The notes beneath the pieces are model-generated. The model was not told where the DNA came from. It searched no databases and worked only from the letters and a program-made list of their open reading frames with translations. A program made the position numbers and the translations under genes. Source: Octopus vulgaris (lineage: Eukaryota). Taken from it: a stretch of 64,000 nt of DNA. The stretch is taken from NCBI GenBank assembly GCA_951406725.2, contig OX597822.1, positions 57,350,001-57,414,000 on the forward strand, read 5' to 3'. Within the stretch, counting starts at the first letter, position 1, and each line of letters opens with the position of its first letter. Positions 1-13,706 of this stretch are shown here, in pieces.

Positions 1-1
1 C

Positions 2-255
2 TTGTACATCGGACAAACGGGACGCCGCTTGGCTGACCGGTTCGCGGAACACCTTCGTGACATCCACCTTGCGAACGACACACCGGTCTCACGCCATTTC
101 CGCTCCACCGGTCACTCCTTGCAACACCTATCTGTGTTCGGTTTGTCCTTACACAGAGGCCATCCGGATTCCCGTTTGCGCCGTGAACAGGAATTAATCT
201 TCTCTCTTCGCTCTTATACGCCATTTGGTCTCAACTCTCCCCCCTCCTCATCTAA
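2..255 (+). CDS. C-terminal GIY-YIG portion of the upstream tandem PLE copy (truncated by the window start)
   Basis: YIGQTGRRLADRFAEH...RLRREQELIFSLRSYTPFGLN is identical to the end of ORF 2720-4774. One fewer C in a homopolymer shifts the stop. Confidence 0.85.
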
Positions 256-842
256 CCCCCCTCTCCCCCTCCTCACCTATCCTTTCCCCCGACCCCTACT
301 TCTTCAGTCCTTCATCCTTTCACCCCTACTCCCCTTCCCTTCTTCCCTCTTTCTCCCTCCCTCTTCCCCTTCCCTCTGCTCCCTCACTCCCTCTCTCCCC
401 TTCTCTCTCCCCTTCTCTCTCCCCCTCTCCCCCTTTCCTCCTTCATCCCCCCCTCCTCCCCTTCCTTCTCCTCCATCCTCTCCTCTCCCCCCTCTCCTCC
501 CCCTCTACTTCCCCTCCCCTTCTCTCCCCCTCTTCTCCCCCTCCTCCTCTTCTCCTCACTACACCACATGACTTTACACATCACATCACATATGATGTGC
601 CATACTAATACATACACCAACTAATACATACTAATACGTTCTAATACATACTAGTACATACTAATACATACACCAACCCTATACATACACACGTCCAGAC
701 CCTGCATACGCACTTATACTCTCTCATACACACACACACTTATACATACTAATACGTACTAATACATACTAATACATACTAATACATACACCAACCCGAT
801 ACATACGCACGTCCAGACCAATCCTACGCACTAATACTCTCT

Positions 843-887
<45 letters not shown>

Positions 888-1110
888 ATACATACTAATA
901 CATACACCAACCCTATACATACACACATCCAGACCCCTCCTACGCACTATTAGCTAGTCCCTCAACCCTATTATCTCCCCTTATTTCGCTCTCGCGTCTC
1001 ATGTTTGATCTTTGACCTCTGGCCGAAATCAGATCGCCATGTTGATTCGTTAGCTACTGCACGCATTTTTATTTCTCTCCTTCTTTCTGTGTTTTTTTTC
1101 TCTCTCTGTA

Positions 1111-1148
1111 TCTTTCTGTTGAAGAGCGTAGGCTCGAAACGTTAAAGA
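1111..1148 (+). ncRNA. Minimal type I hammerhead ribozyme, variant core CUGUUGA
   Basis: TCTTT-CTGTTGA-A-GAGC(GTAG)GCTC-GAA-ACGT-T-AAAGA: stem I TCTTT/AAAGA, stem II GAGC/GCTC, palindromic stem III ACGT. Located in the PLE pLTR. Confidence 0.8.
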
Positions 1149-1866
1149 CTTGTTTTATTTATATTTCCTGAGCGCCATACTAATACAATTGTTCGTTTGT
1201 TTTCCACCTGCCTTCGTCTTTTGTCTATTTTCATAAAGCTTCCCGTTATATATTATGCGCTCACGTGGTCTCACTTTCATCCTATATTCTACCAATACCA
1301 CTATCAACACTTACCTCTACCTTGGATTTTCTTTACCTCTTGGATACTTACCATTGGCTGCACCTCTCTTTCGCGGATCAAAGTGACTTTGCATTGATGT
1401 GAAATCCTTAAAAAATATGCCACGACGTCTACACATTTCTCACCTTGAACTTTCAACCTTGAACTTGTTCGCATAAACTGTCCCGTTTGTTGTATTTTTA
1501 TTTTCTCTTATGTTACCACTTTTTTTACATTCATTTCATGCTTTCCACATTTTCCTGAATTTTTGTTCTCCTTTCCGTCTTTCTTCCCTCTCTGGATGTC
1601 CATACTCCGTTTCCTCTGCCTGCACCCCCCCCCCTTTTTTTGCCTCCCCCTTCTCTGTGCTTTCCTTTTTTCTTTCCCTTTTCCGTTTGCCCCGTCTTTT
1701 CTGCCCCCATCGCTTACTTATCTAGTTTTTTCATACGATTATTATTTTTTTGTTTTTTTGAACGTTTGTTTTTTCCCCTTTTTTCGCTATCCTTTTTTTC
1801 TATTTTTTTCATACGATAATTTTTTTTTTTTTTTTTTTTCGAACGTTTTTTTTCCGCTATCCCATC

Positions 1867-2388
1867 ATGCCGGATCCTAGGTCCTACCTCCTCACCCTCC
1901 ATCACCGTTTGAAGGATCATCTCCATTCGCTTCCTGTATATTGCCTTCAGCCGTCCGTTAATCTCTCTCTACTTCTTTTTAAAAAAAACCGCTTCTCTAG
2001 CCATGTCTCTTTCCTAAGCCGCTGCCTACATCACCGACTCATCCCTAAAGGTTTCCGCCTCCACTTCCACCCTGCTCTCCACTCGGATTCTTCCATCTTA
2101 CCCATACTCCGCACCACATCTTACCGCATTATGCGGGCCACCATTCGCTCCAATCTCTCCAAACTACATGCCATCAACCGCCTTCTTCCTCCTGCTTTCT
2201 CCACCTTCTTCTCCTCTCTGCCGCCTCTCTATGCTCCAAACACGCTACGCTTCATTATCCATTTGAATCAACTCTGCCATCAATTTCTTTCCGATACCAA
2301 ACTTCGTAAACTCCAATCACTCTTCCATTCCACCCTACCCGACGCCACTACCCCAACTCCTCCACCACCCTTTCTCCCCTCCCGATAG
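1867..2388 (+). CDS. N-terminal part of the PLE ORF (frameshifted relative to the RT frame)
   Basis: RFSSHVSFLSRCLHHRLIPKGFRLHFHP resembles PLE N-termini. It overlaps the RT frame, which by manual translation is open from 2267. Confidence 0.7.
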   Translation: MPDPRSYLLTLHHRLKDHLHSLPVYCLQPSVNLSLLLFKKNRFSSHVSFLSRCLHHRLIPKGFRLHFHPALHSDSSILPILRTTSYRIMRATIRSNLSKLHAINRLLPPAFSTFFSSLPPLYAPNTLRFIIHLNQLCHQFLSDTKLRKLQSLFHSTLPDATTPTPPPPFLPSR

Positions 2389-4774
2389 GCTCCATCCACC
2401 CACACCTAACCCCACTGCCCCTCCCTACAACCCCTTCTCCCCTCCCGTTAGGCTCCATCCACCTACACCTAACCCTACTGCCCCGCCCAACCACCCCCAC
2501 ACACCTCCCCAATCCCTCCCCCTCAGACCTCCACGAGACCTACCACCCCTCCTACTTCTATTCCACCCAACCCCTTCTCCACTTCCGTCTGTTGTTACCA
2601 TTCCCCCCGATCTTCCCCTCTCTGCGGCTGAACGCTCCGTCCTTGGTAGGGGTCTGCGTTTCATCCCCCTCACTCCATCCTGTAAGGAATTCCAGACGCG
2701 AGTTGATGTCCACAGCTTTGTGCGCCGTGTCCGGTTGGGTGCGCATTACCACGACTCGCCACCCACACCCAACGAAGAGGACTGCTTCACTGGCCTGGGC
2801 CGCCGACCATCCCCGTGGACGCCTGCCCCTGGCCAGATCCTAGCAGTGTATCTTTTCGCGGGCGCTTGTCAGCGTGCATTGGAGCGGTTCAACTTCTCCA
2901 GGCGCCAACTCCGCCTCAACATCTCCCCGGCTGAGCTCTTGGCTCTTCGTTCCCTCCAACGGCGCGCTGACATTATCATCAAACCGGCTGACAAGGGTGG
3001 AGCTGTAGTGGTGTGGCGCGCGGACCTCTATAGGGCCGAGGCTTTCCGCCAACTCAATGACACCTCCTTCTATTCCCCTCTGCCCTCTAACCCCACACGT
3101 AGCTACCAACAGACGGTATCCTCTACTGTCCAAGACCTCATCTCGTCCTCCCGTCTCCCCCGCACCGCATCCAACCTAATTGTGCGAACCCCACGTACCC
3201 CCACCATTTACTTCCTCCCCAAAATCCACAAACCCAACAACCCTGGCCGCCCCATCGTCTCCGCCTGTAACTGCCCCACGGAGCTCATCTCTAAATACCT
3301 CGACCGTGTCCTTGCCCCCCTAGTGGCATCTCTTCCCTCCCACATCCACGATACCAACCATGCTCTCCGGCTTTTCAACTCTTTCTCCTTTCCTCCCGGC
3401 TCCTCCAAAATCCTTTTTACTATGGACATCCAAAGCCTCTATACTGTTATCCCTCACCACAAAGGACTGCAGGCCCTTCGACACTTTCTTGACCTCCGCT
3501 CTAACCCTGTACCTGACACCTCCACACTCATTCGTCTGGCCGAACTTGTCCTTACTCTGAACTGCTTCGCTTTCGCGGGCGAGTTCTACCATCAGGTCTC
3601 GGGAGTGGCCATGGGAACGCAAATGGGCCCCAACTATGCGAACCTGTTCGTTGGCTATGTTGAGGCCCAAATATTCTCTAATTTCACTGGTCCCACTCCT
3701 GAACTATATGGTCGTTACATTGACGACATTATCGGTGCCACCTCACTCTCCCGCGAACATCTAGATTCCTTCCTCTCTTTCGTCCAATCTTTCCATCCAG
3801 CCCTCCACTTCACTTCCACTATCTCCAACACCTCTGTCTCCTTCCTCGACATTTCGGTTAGCATTCTTCACTCCACGCTTACCACCTCCATTCACTACAA
3901 ACACACAGACTCACACTCATACCTCAACTTCTCTTCCTCCCACCCAGAACACACCAAGCTTTCCATCCCCTATTCCCAATTCCTCCGTCTACGTAGGCTC
4001 TGTAGTGACGACCATGACTTTGAGACTCAGTCTCAACGTATGGCTCACCACTTCACCCTACGTGGATACCCCCTCACCACTATCCACACCGCTCTTGCCA
4101 GAGCACGGTCCGTGGACCGTGTATCTGCTTTCTCTCCCCGAACCCGCCCTGTAGTCTCCCGCCTCCCTTTTCCCCTCACTTACCACCCCACGACCCTACG
4201 TCTCCAACGCACCATTCTTCGAGCTTTCCGTCATCTCCAGTCCGACCTGTCCACTTCACACCTCTTCCCTAACCGACCCCTCCCCTCTTTCAAACGAGCC
4301 CACAACCTTCGAGACCTTTTGGTCCATAGCTCCTTCCCTGACCCTACCTCCCAACCCGGCTCGTCCCCCTGCTCCCGCCCACGTTGCCGCACTTGCCCTT
4401 GCCTCTCCAACACCACCAGCCTCACTAGCACCCACCATCGACCCTATCCCATCATCCACTCCTTCACCTGCACCTCCAGCAATATTATCTATTGCATCTC
4501 TTGCTCTCTCTGCAATTCCTTGTACATCGGACAAACGGGACGCCGCTTGGCTGACCGGTTCGCGGAACACCTTCGTGACATCCACCTTGCGAACGACACA
4601 CCGGTCTCACGCCATTTCCGCTCCACCGGTCACTCCTTGCAACACCTATCTGTGTTCGGTTTGTCCTTACACAGAGGCCATCCGGATTCCCGTTTGCGCC
4701 GTGAACAGGAATTAATCTTCTCTCTTCGCTCTTATACGCCATTTGGTCTCAACTCTCCCCCCCTCCTCATCTAA
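2267..4774 (+). CDS. PLE reverse transcriptase + Cys-rich linker + GIY-YIG endonuclease
   Basis: Frame is open from 2267. Motifs in order: VVTIPPDLPLSAAERSVLGRGLRFIP, IIIKPADKGGAVVV, YFLPKIHK..PGRPIVS, MDIQSLYT, GVAMGTQMGP, RYIDD, FLD, CSRPRCRTCPC, NIIYCISCSLCNSLYIGQT. Confidence 0.95.
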   Translation: MNSAINFFPIPNFVNSNHSSIPPYPTPLPQLLHHPFSPPDRLHPPTPNPTAPPYNPFSPPVRLHPPTPNPTAPPNHPHTPPQSLPLRPPRDLPPLLLLFHPTPSPLPSVVTIPPDLPLSAAERSVLGRGLRFIPLTPSCKEFQTRVDVHSFVRRVRLGAHYHDSPPTPNEEDCFTGLGRRPSPWTPAPGQILAVYLFAGACQRALERFNFSRRQLRLNISPAELLALRSLQRRADIIIKPADKGGAVVVWRADLYRAEAFRQLNDTSFYSPLPSNPTRSYQQTVSSTVQDLISSSRLPRTASNLIVRTPRTPTIYFLPKIHKPNNPGRPIVSACNCPTELISKYLDRVLAPLVASLPSHIHDTNHALRLFNSFSFPPGSSKILFTMDIQSLYTVIPHHKGLQALRHFLDLRSNPVPDTSTLIRLAELVLTLNCFAFAGEFYHQVSGVAMGTQMGPNYANLFVGYVEAQIFSNFTGPTPELYGRYIDDIIGATSLSREHLDSFLSFVQSFHPALHFTSTISNTSVSFLDISVSILHSTLTTSIHYKHTDSHSYLNFSSSHPEHTKLSIPYSQFLRLRRLCSDDHDFETQSQRMAHHFTLRGYPLTTIHTALARARSVDRVSAFSPRTRPVVSRLPFPLTYHPTTLRLQRTILRAFRHLQSDLSTSHLFPNRPLPSFKRAHNLRDLLVHSSFPDPTSQPGSSPCSRPRCRTCPCLSNTTSLTSTHHRPYPIIHSFTCTSSNIIYCISCSLCNSLYIGQTGRRLADRFAEHLRDIHLANDTPVSRHFRSTGHSLQHLSVFGLSLHRGHPDSRLRREQELIFSLRSYTPFGLNSPPLLI

Positions 4775-5603
4775 CCCCCCTCCCCCCTCCTCACCTATCC
4801 TTTCCCCCCGACCCCTACTTCTTCAGTCCTTCATCCTTTCACCCCTACTCCCCTTCCCTTCTTCCCTCTTCCTCCCTCCCTCTTCCCCTTCCCTCTGCTC
4901 CCTCACTCCCTCTCTCCCCTTCTCTCTCCCCCTCTCCCTCTTTCCTCCTTCATCCCCCCTCCTCCCCTTCCTTCTCCCCCATCCTCTCCTCCCCCCTCTC
5001 CTCCCCCTCTTCTTCCCCTCCCCTTCTCTCCCCCCTCTTCTCCCCCTCCCCCTCTTCTCCTCACTACACCACATGACTTTACACATCACATCACATATGA
5101 TGTGCCATACTAATACATACACCAACTAATACATACTAATACGTACTAATACATACTAGTACATACTAATACATACACCAACCCTATACATACACACGTC
5201 CAGACCCTGCATACGCACTTATACTCTCTCATACACACACACACACACTTATACATACTAATACGTACTAATACATACTAATACATACTAATACATACAC
5301 CAACCCCATACATACGCACGTCCAGACCAATCCTACGCACTAATACTCTCTCATACACACACACACACATACACACCCTTATACATACTAATACATACAC
5401 CAACCCTATACATACACACATCCAGACCCCTCCTACGCACTATTAGCTGGTCCCTCAACCCTATTATCTCCCCTTATTTCGCTCTCGCGTCTCATGTTTG
5501 ATCTTTGACCTCTGGCCGAAATCAGATCGCCATGTTGATTCGTTAGCTACTGCACGCATTTTTTTTTCTCTCCTTCTTTCTGTGTTTTTTTTCTCTCTGT
5601 GTA

Positions 5604-5641
5604 TCTTTCTGTTGCAGAGCGTAGGCTCGAAACGTTAAAGA
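5604..5641 (+). ncRNA. Second pLTR copy of the minimal HHR (core CUGUUGC, A9->C)
   Basis: Same as 1111-1148 except gttgcagagc replaces gttgaagagc. Confidence 0.7.
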
Positions 5642-5739
5642 CTTGTTTTATTTATATTTCCTGAGCGCCATACTAATACAATTGTTCGTTTGTTTTCCAC
5701 CTGCCTTCGTCTTTTGTCTATTTTCATAAAGCTTCCCGT

Positions 5740-5916
<177 letters not shown>

Positions 5917-6589
5917 ACACGTTCCAGTACTCTTGCGATTCTTCCCCACCACCCTGATTTGATTGAGACACGATTGTGTCATAAATGGAATTAACAATGT
6001 TATATATTAAAGGCTAGAAGCTGACATTTCTCTACTTACGTTAATTAGATATTAATATCGTTTAGGTTAACAGCGTCTCATAACTCTGTCTGCACTCTGC
6101 CAAGAAATTAGAAATTTTCTTAAAGCAGAACAACGCAAACGGCTTTCTGTCATCACAAAGACATAGATTATAAAAAAAAAACTTATACCAGACAGTAATA
6201 GAGATATCCATTAAAACTTCCTGTAAGATGCAAAATTTGATGGCTTCCAATAGCTTGATGAATAACATCCCCGTGACTTGAATACATTTTCAAATTTTGA
6301 GGATTACTGATAAGTGCTATACTTCTAAAATTGTTTAGTAAATGTAATCTGATGAAAATGAAGTCAACTTTGTCGTTTACTCGTCTATTATCTATTCCGC
6401 TCAGCGTATAAATTGTTTTGGAGACTGTTGGTAAATCTGGTGCCATAAGGTTTTGGTAAAGTGATATCTCTATATTGTTTCATTTATTGGACTTCCGCCA
6501 TGCTGGTGTATCACTTTGAAGGGTTTAGCCGTTCACATCGCCCCTGCACTTATTTACGCATACAAACACACTTGCGTGTATATATGTGC

Positions 6590-7183
<594 letters not shown>

Positions 7184-7318
7184 TTAGGTAGTCGTTGATT
7201 ATGGTCAATCATAAAGTTATTATTGATTTCGCGTGAAACCGCTGGCAACTTCCTGACTTGTCATAACCAAAGACTACATAAAATATTGCTCTCTCTCTAT
7301 CTTTCTCCCTCTCTCTCT

Positions 7319-7409
<91 letters not shown>

Positions 7410-7710
7410 CAGAGAGAAAGAGAGAGAGAGACTTTACAGCCTTCTACACAGCCTTCCGCCTTCCATCTACCATTTTCACTCACACGGCTTGGTTAACCAG
7501 AGCTATTGTAAAAACACACTTGTTCAAGTTGCCACACGATGGGATTGAACCCGAAACCATGTTGTTGTTGTTACAAAACGAGTTTCTTAACCGCTCAACC
7601 ACGCCTGATAATAGTCTAGGAATCAACTAAGACTACTAATCTTTGAAACTATTTGTAAATTTGAACAGGATTGTGGTCCTAAGCCTTACTTAGATTTTTA
7701 TTATTTATTT

Positions 7711-8015
7711 ATGCGTTTTTTTCAAGCCTAGCCAGTCTCATGGGCCCGGTTTCCCGGTTTCTATGGCGTATGTGTTCCCCCAGCTGGACGGGACGCCAGT
7801 CCATCGCAGCGTTACTCAAGAAACAGGAAGAAAGAGTGAGAGAAAGTTGGGGCGAAAGAGTACAACAGGGGTCGCCACAACCCCCTGCCGAAGCCTCGTG
7901 AAGCTTTAGGTGTTTTCGCTCAATAAACACACACAACGCCCGGTCTGGGAATCGAAACCGCGATCCTCCGACCGCGAGTCCGCTGCCCTAACCACTGGGC
8001 CATTGCGTCTCCACC
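7711..8015 (-). mobile_element. tRNA-derived SINE, family B
   Basis: Minus strand has A box TGGCCCAGTGG and B-box-like GGTTTCGATTCC. A diverged copy lies at 45822-46015 (+) and a fragment at ~9219-9250. Confidence 0.8.
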
Positions 8016-8049
8016 CTTATTTTACTACCGTTTTGAAAAGAAAAGACCC

Positions 8050-8510
<461 letters not shown>

Positions 8511-8580
8511 TTGCTGAATATCAAATGTAGAAAATTCCACAGGATGGTATGGATTAATGAAATAGAGTTTATCAGTGAAA

Positions 8581-8826
8581 AGGCGGCGAGCTGGCAGGAA
8601 CGTTAGCACATCGGGCGAAATGCTTCGGGGTATTTCGTCTGCCGCTACGTTCTGAGTTCAAATTCCGCCGAGATCAACTTTGCCTTTCATCCTTTCGGAG
8701 TCGATAAATTAAGTACCAGTTACGCACTGGGGTTGATGTAATCGACTTAATCCGTTTGTCTGTCCCTGTTTGTCCCCTTTATGTTTAGCCCCTTGTGGGC
8801 AATAAAAAAAATAAATAAATAAATAA
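8581..8826 (+). mobile_element. tRNA-derived SINE, family A
   Basis: ggcgagctggcag (A box), gagttcaaattcc (B box), core gcctttcatcctttcggggtcgataaattaagtacc, A-rich tail. Many copies in the window. Confidence 0.9.
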
Positions 8827-9256
8827 TAAAAAATCGAGTTTATCAGTGAAAGGATGTTACTGGACAGAATTATTACAGAGACTTATGACTTACATTACAG
8901 CAACTAGTATATTTTGCGTTCGAATCCGCTGGGACGTACTTAGAATAAATGTGCAAACCATCGTTTCATATCTAGTTGTACACTCTGCTGATTTTTTTTT
9001 TATCGGTTGTCAGATACAAGTACCGAACAGCAACTTTGAGATTACAACAAAAAAAAAAATGGTCTGTGGTAATGTATGAAGGCTACCGTCTATCATGAAA
9101 TGTTAAACCAAAACGAAACAGTTAATGCAAAGGAGTATTCTTATCAACTGGATGCACTGAACAAAATAAGGACGACCAAATTATTAAAACTTTTGGATGG
9201 AAATTCATAAATATATGTGTCCGCTGCCCTAACGACTGGTCCATTGCACCCCGACT

Positions 9257-9327
<71 letters not shown>

Positions 9328-9346
9328 ATATATATATATGTATATA

Positions 9347-9401
<55 letters not shown>

Positions 9402-9404
9402 GTA

Positions 9405-9479
<75 letters not shown>

Positions 9480-9564
9480 GTATATATATATGTATATATA
9501 TATGTATATATATATACATATATATATACATATATATATACATATATATATGTATATATATATG

Positions 9565-9601
<37 letters not shown>

Positions 9602-9653
9602 GTATATATATGTATATATATATGTATATATATATATGTATATATATATATGT

Positions 9654-9742
<89 letters not shown>

Positions 9743-10000
9743 GTATATATATAACAATTAAGGATAACTTCTTAATAAGGAATCTTAACAAGAAATTATT
9801 AGGTAGATAGCGTGAAAAACCTCATAAGAGAAAAATTTCGAAAATAATTCTTTCTTATTGAACATATTAATTTATATATAGAGGGCATTATTACACATAC
9901 ATGCCACACGCTAAGAGGGACATTAGTCGTTTCTACCAAAAAATTTTACTAATCATACCCAATGCAATTTTTCAAAGCAAAACATTTAAAAAAAGAATTT

Positions 10001-10062
10001 AGTCTTGTATCACCTGTGATTTCGTACTTACCGCAGTTGCGACCGTACTCATCAGCAAGACT
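10001..10062 (-). ncRNA. Canonical type I hammerhead ribozyme (inverted copy)
   Basis: Reverse complement of 10576-10637. Confidence 0.9.
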
Positions 10063-10575
10063 GATTCATAAATAAACGACCTCGCACCGTCAAAGCCGAA
10101 CAGCTATCTGCTCCACTCCAACGAAGCACATGGGGAAGTTTACATATAATACATCCGGTAAATGGCAGGCTTCTTCGAATTGCATTTCGGATAAGAAAAG
10201 TTTTCGGAATAAAATTATTTAACAATTAAGGATAACTTCTTAATAAGGAATCTTAACAAGAAATTATCAGGTAGATAGCGTGAAAAACCTCATAAGAGAA
10301 AAATTTCGAAAATAATTCTTTCTTATTGAACATATTAATTTATATATAGAGGGCATGATAATTTCTTGTTAAGATTCCTTATTAAGAAGTTATCCTTAAT
10401 TGTTAAATAATTTTATTCCGAAAAAAACTTTTCTCAACCGAAATGCAATTCGAAGAAGCCTGCCATTTACCGGATGTATTATATGTAAACTTCCCCATGT
10501 GCTTCGTTGGAGTGGAGCAGATAGCTGTTCGGCTTTGACGGTGCGAGGTCGTTTATTTATGATATGTTCAGAATC

Positions 10576-10637
10576 AGTCTTGCTGATGAGTACGGTCGCA
10601 ACTGCGGTAAGTACGAAATCACAGGTGATACAAGACT
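10576..10637 (+). ncRNA. Canonical type I hammerhead ribozyme
   Basis: AGTCTTG-CTGATGA-GTAC...GTAC-GAA-ATCAC(AG)GTGAT-A-CAAGACT: 7-bp stem I, full core, extended stem II, stem III, AUA cleavage triplet. Confidence 0.92.
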
Positions 10638-10769
10638 AAATTCTTTTTTTAAATGTCTTGCTTTGAAAAATTGCATTGGGTATGATTAGTAAAATTTTTG
10701 GTAGAAACGACTAATGTCCCTCTTAGCGTGTGGCATGTATGTGTAATAATGCCCTCTATATATAAATTA

Positions 10770-10935
<166 letters not shown>

Positions 10936-10951
10936 TATTATATATATATAT

Positions 10952-11014
<63 letters not shown>

Positions 11015-11714
11015 CATATATATGTATATATATATGTTTTCTTTTTGGGAAAGGGAAAGTAGGAAGGAAAGAAATAGCACTGGATGCCATGGCGTGATTT
11101 CGTTTAAGGTGGACGTCATCAGTGGCACCATAGAGGAGACGTACAGACTTTGACCTGTGAGTTGCAGCGAGCTGCCGTGGATCAGTTCTTTTAGGCCAGG
11201 CCTTGTTGTAGCCAGCCCGCTTGGCATAACCTTCTTTTGCTGTCACACCCATTGAGAAAAATAGATGTCGTTGAGGACTTGAAGATTCCTTCTTGTAGCC
11301 TTAGTCTAAAGAGGTATCCTGCGAGGCAGCAGAGGAGGGTCCAGTTTTTACCCATTGTTGGAGCCCTAACAGGTGCTACCACTCCGGGCCAGAGCGGACC
11401 TGGGAGAAATGGCAACTAAGGTGTGTCTCCATGCTCCCCATAACTCCTGTTCTCCCGAACTGGAGCTTCACCTTCGGTTGCAGTATTGTGTCTTACCCAG
11501 GTCACACAAAAAGTCCTATACCAGTCATGGATGCTGGTATCCCTCCTCTTCCGAAGCCATAAAAACACGTTACTCGTCTTTGTATCAGGTAGCAATGTAT
11601 GAATGCAATTTACACAATCATATTTTCGTTTTCGTATTTCGTTTTTCTTGTTTCAGCTCAGAGCTGCGGCCATACTGATGCACCGCCGTTTTGTGCTACA
11701 CTGTTATTACGAAG

Positions 11715-11960
11715 AGCCTCCACTAATATGTGGCACTTGGTGAAGAATGGAGTTTGATATAGCTACTCTCATTTGCATCTCTTGCCGTGATGTAGGTTCA
11801 TCTTGGACTCTCCACAGGAAGATGTCCAGCTTTGATTTTAAAACCGCTACATCTACTTTGTGCAAGTTCCTCAAACTCTTTGGGAGAATATTAAAAAGCT
11901 GTGGGCCCTTGAAACCCAGGCTGTTGCAGAAGCTGGTCCTGAAGCGTGATATATTGATGT
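11715..11960 (-). mobile_element. CR1-like LINE ORF2 3' end fragment (shorter copy ~32685-32820)
   Basis: Minus-strand translation FKGPQLFNILPKSLRNLHKVDVAVLKSKLDIFLWRVQDEP. Confidence 0.65.
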
Positions 11961-12570
11961 TTGAAAGATATTTTACTTTGGCGACAAAGCATGAAAACAG
12001 AGCTCAAGTTGATATCTTGGACTCAGTTATTGCAGTAAAATTTTGCATTTTTTTTTTCTTTTTGCAAAGACGGATTTGTAATCCAGGAAGAAATTGAGAA
12101 GAAATTTAAATAATTTAATTAAGTTTTGATTATCATAAATTTAGTAAGCAGATTAGAGTTAATAAATAGATTACAGTAGTGTTCGGCTTTTCAAAATTGG
12201 TTTCTTTGAAATTGAAAAATATAAATAGTCAAAGATCTTAGCAAAATGAGACAGCTTCCTCTCTTTCACACACACACGCACACACTCACACACATACCCA
12301 GGCACACACTCACAGAAACGCAAACACGTACACTCACATAAAACATACACATACATATAGTGTAACGACCGCGAGAGTTCAATAAACACACATGAAGAGC
12401 CTCGTAGACCGTAATATACATACATATGTATATATATTTGTATATATATTTATATATATATATGTGTGTGTGTATATATATATGTATATATATGTATATA
12501 TATATATGTATAAATGTGTGTATATATGTATATATGTATATGTATATATGTGTATATATATGTATATATG

Positions 12571-12613
<43 letters not shown>

Positions 12614-12658
12614 GTATATATGTATATATATATGTATATATATATACGTGTATATATG

Positions 12659-12697
<39 letters not shown>

Positions 12698-13209
12698 ATG
12701 TATATGATATAAATAATATATATATATATGTATGCATATATGGGTACAGGACGTCACCAACTGTGTAAACAACATGAAGTACGAAAACAAACGAGTTAAA
12801 TACGCAAACAACGAGAGAAAGAAACGGAAAACAAGACAAGTAAACACAGAGAACGACCCTTCATAAGTTGTCAGCTGTCTATCTACTCCTGATTTCGAGT
12901 ATTCAACGACAATATGAGTATTCAAAGACAGTTGCTCCCATAAATGCCAAAATTATATTTTGGATTTATGGAGGGTCAAAGTTAGGAACAAAAATAGGAC
13001 GTGTGAACAACGAGAGAAAGAAAAAGAGAAAGAGGGAGACAGAGAGAAAGAGAGAGAGACAGATAGAATGCGGTGAAGAGGAGAAAAAGGGAATTAAAGA
13101 AGGATGGGGAAGAAAATAGTATAGAGTAGAGTCGCATCTAAAAGGTTAATATAAACTTACTTGGAAATGGATGCGTGGTGTTCAATTAAATAATAATATA
13201 AAATAAAAT

Positions 13210-13670
13210 GGATCATCTATTTTTGGAAATTCAGTCAGAAATTAAGAGCCAAGGAAAAACATTGGATCATCAAAGATTGGCCACAACAAACATTACTTCC
13301 AGTATCTTTTAATGTGGCTGAGAGCCTTTATTTCAACTGGTTAAAAAAATATCTTCCTCAAATCCATATCAAACTTGGTATTATGAAGCAGATTGCTGAA
13401 GTTCTGGATAAAGACAGAACATGTTTTCACTATATTTGCAGCATATTTCCCAGTCTGAGCAGCAAAAAGATAAATGCTGGAGTATTTGATGAGCCTCAAA
13501 TCAGAAAATTCATGAAAGATGGGAACATAAAACATGAAACTTATTTGTAATAGTTGTAAATAACTTTCTGGAAAACAAGAAAGCAACCAGTTATGCTGAA
13601 ATAGTTCAAACATGCTGGAGAACTTTCAAAAGTTGACAGCAAATATGAGCATAAATTTGCAGTATCCCCA
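13210..13670 (+). pseudogene. DNA transposase relic (probably Chapaev-type); related fragment at ~15590-15710
   Basis: RAKEKHWIIKDWP ... LPQIHIKLGIMKQ...LDKDRTCFHYICSIFP...AGVFDEPQIRKFMKD, with frameshifts. Family name is from memory of the HIKLG motif. Confidence 0.55.
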
Positions 13671-13706
13671 GAGTCACCATGAGGAATTCCCTAAAAATCT
13701 TCACCC

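Noticed and set aside
225-620. Pro/Ser-rich ORFs and 189-aa extension in the pLTR
   Set aside because: Low-complexity C/T tract; the frame differs between the two repeat copies because of homopolymer indels.
620-950. CRISPR-like short repeats (catactaata)
   Set aside because: Irregular minisatellite inside a eukaryotic pLTR; no unique spacers or cas genes.
1430-1866. Retained intron in the PLE 5' region
   Set aside because: T-rich like an intron, but no convincing donor/acceptor pair; needs RNA-seq.
1867-4774. Selenocysteine-recoded PLE
   Set aside because: No in-frame TGA in the conserved region; the interruption is a frame change ending in TAG.
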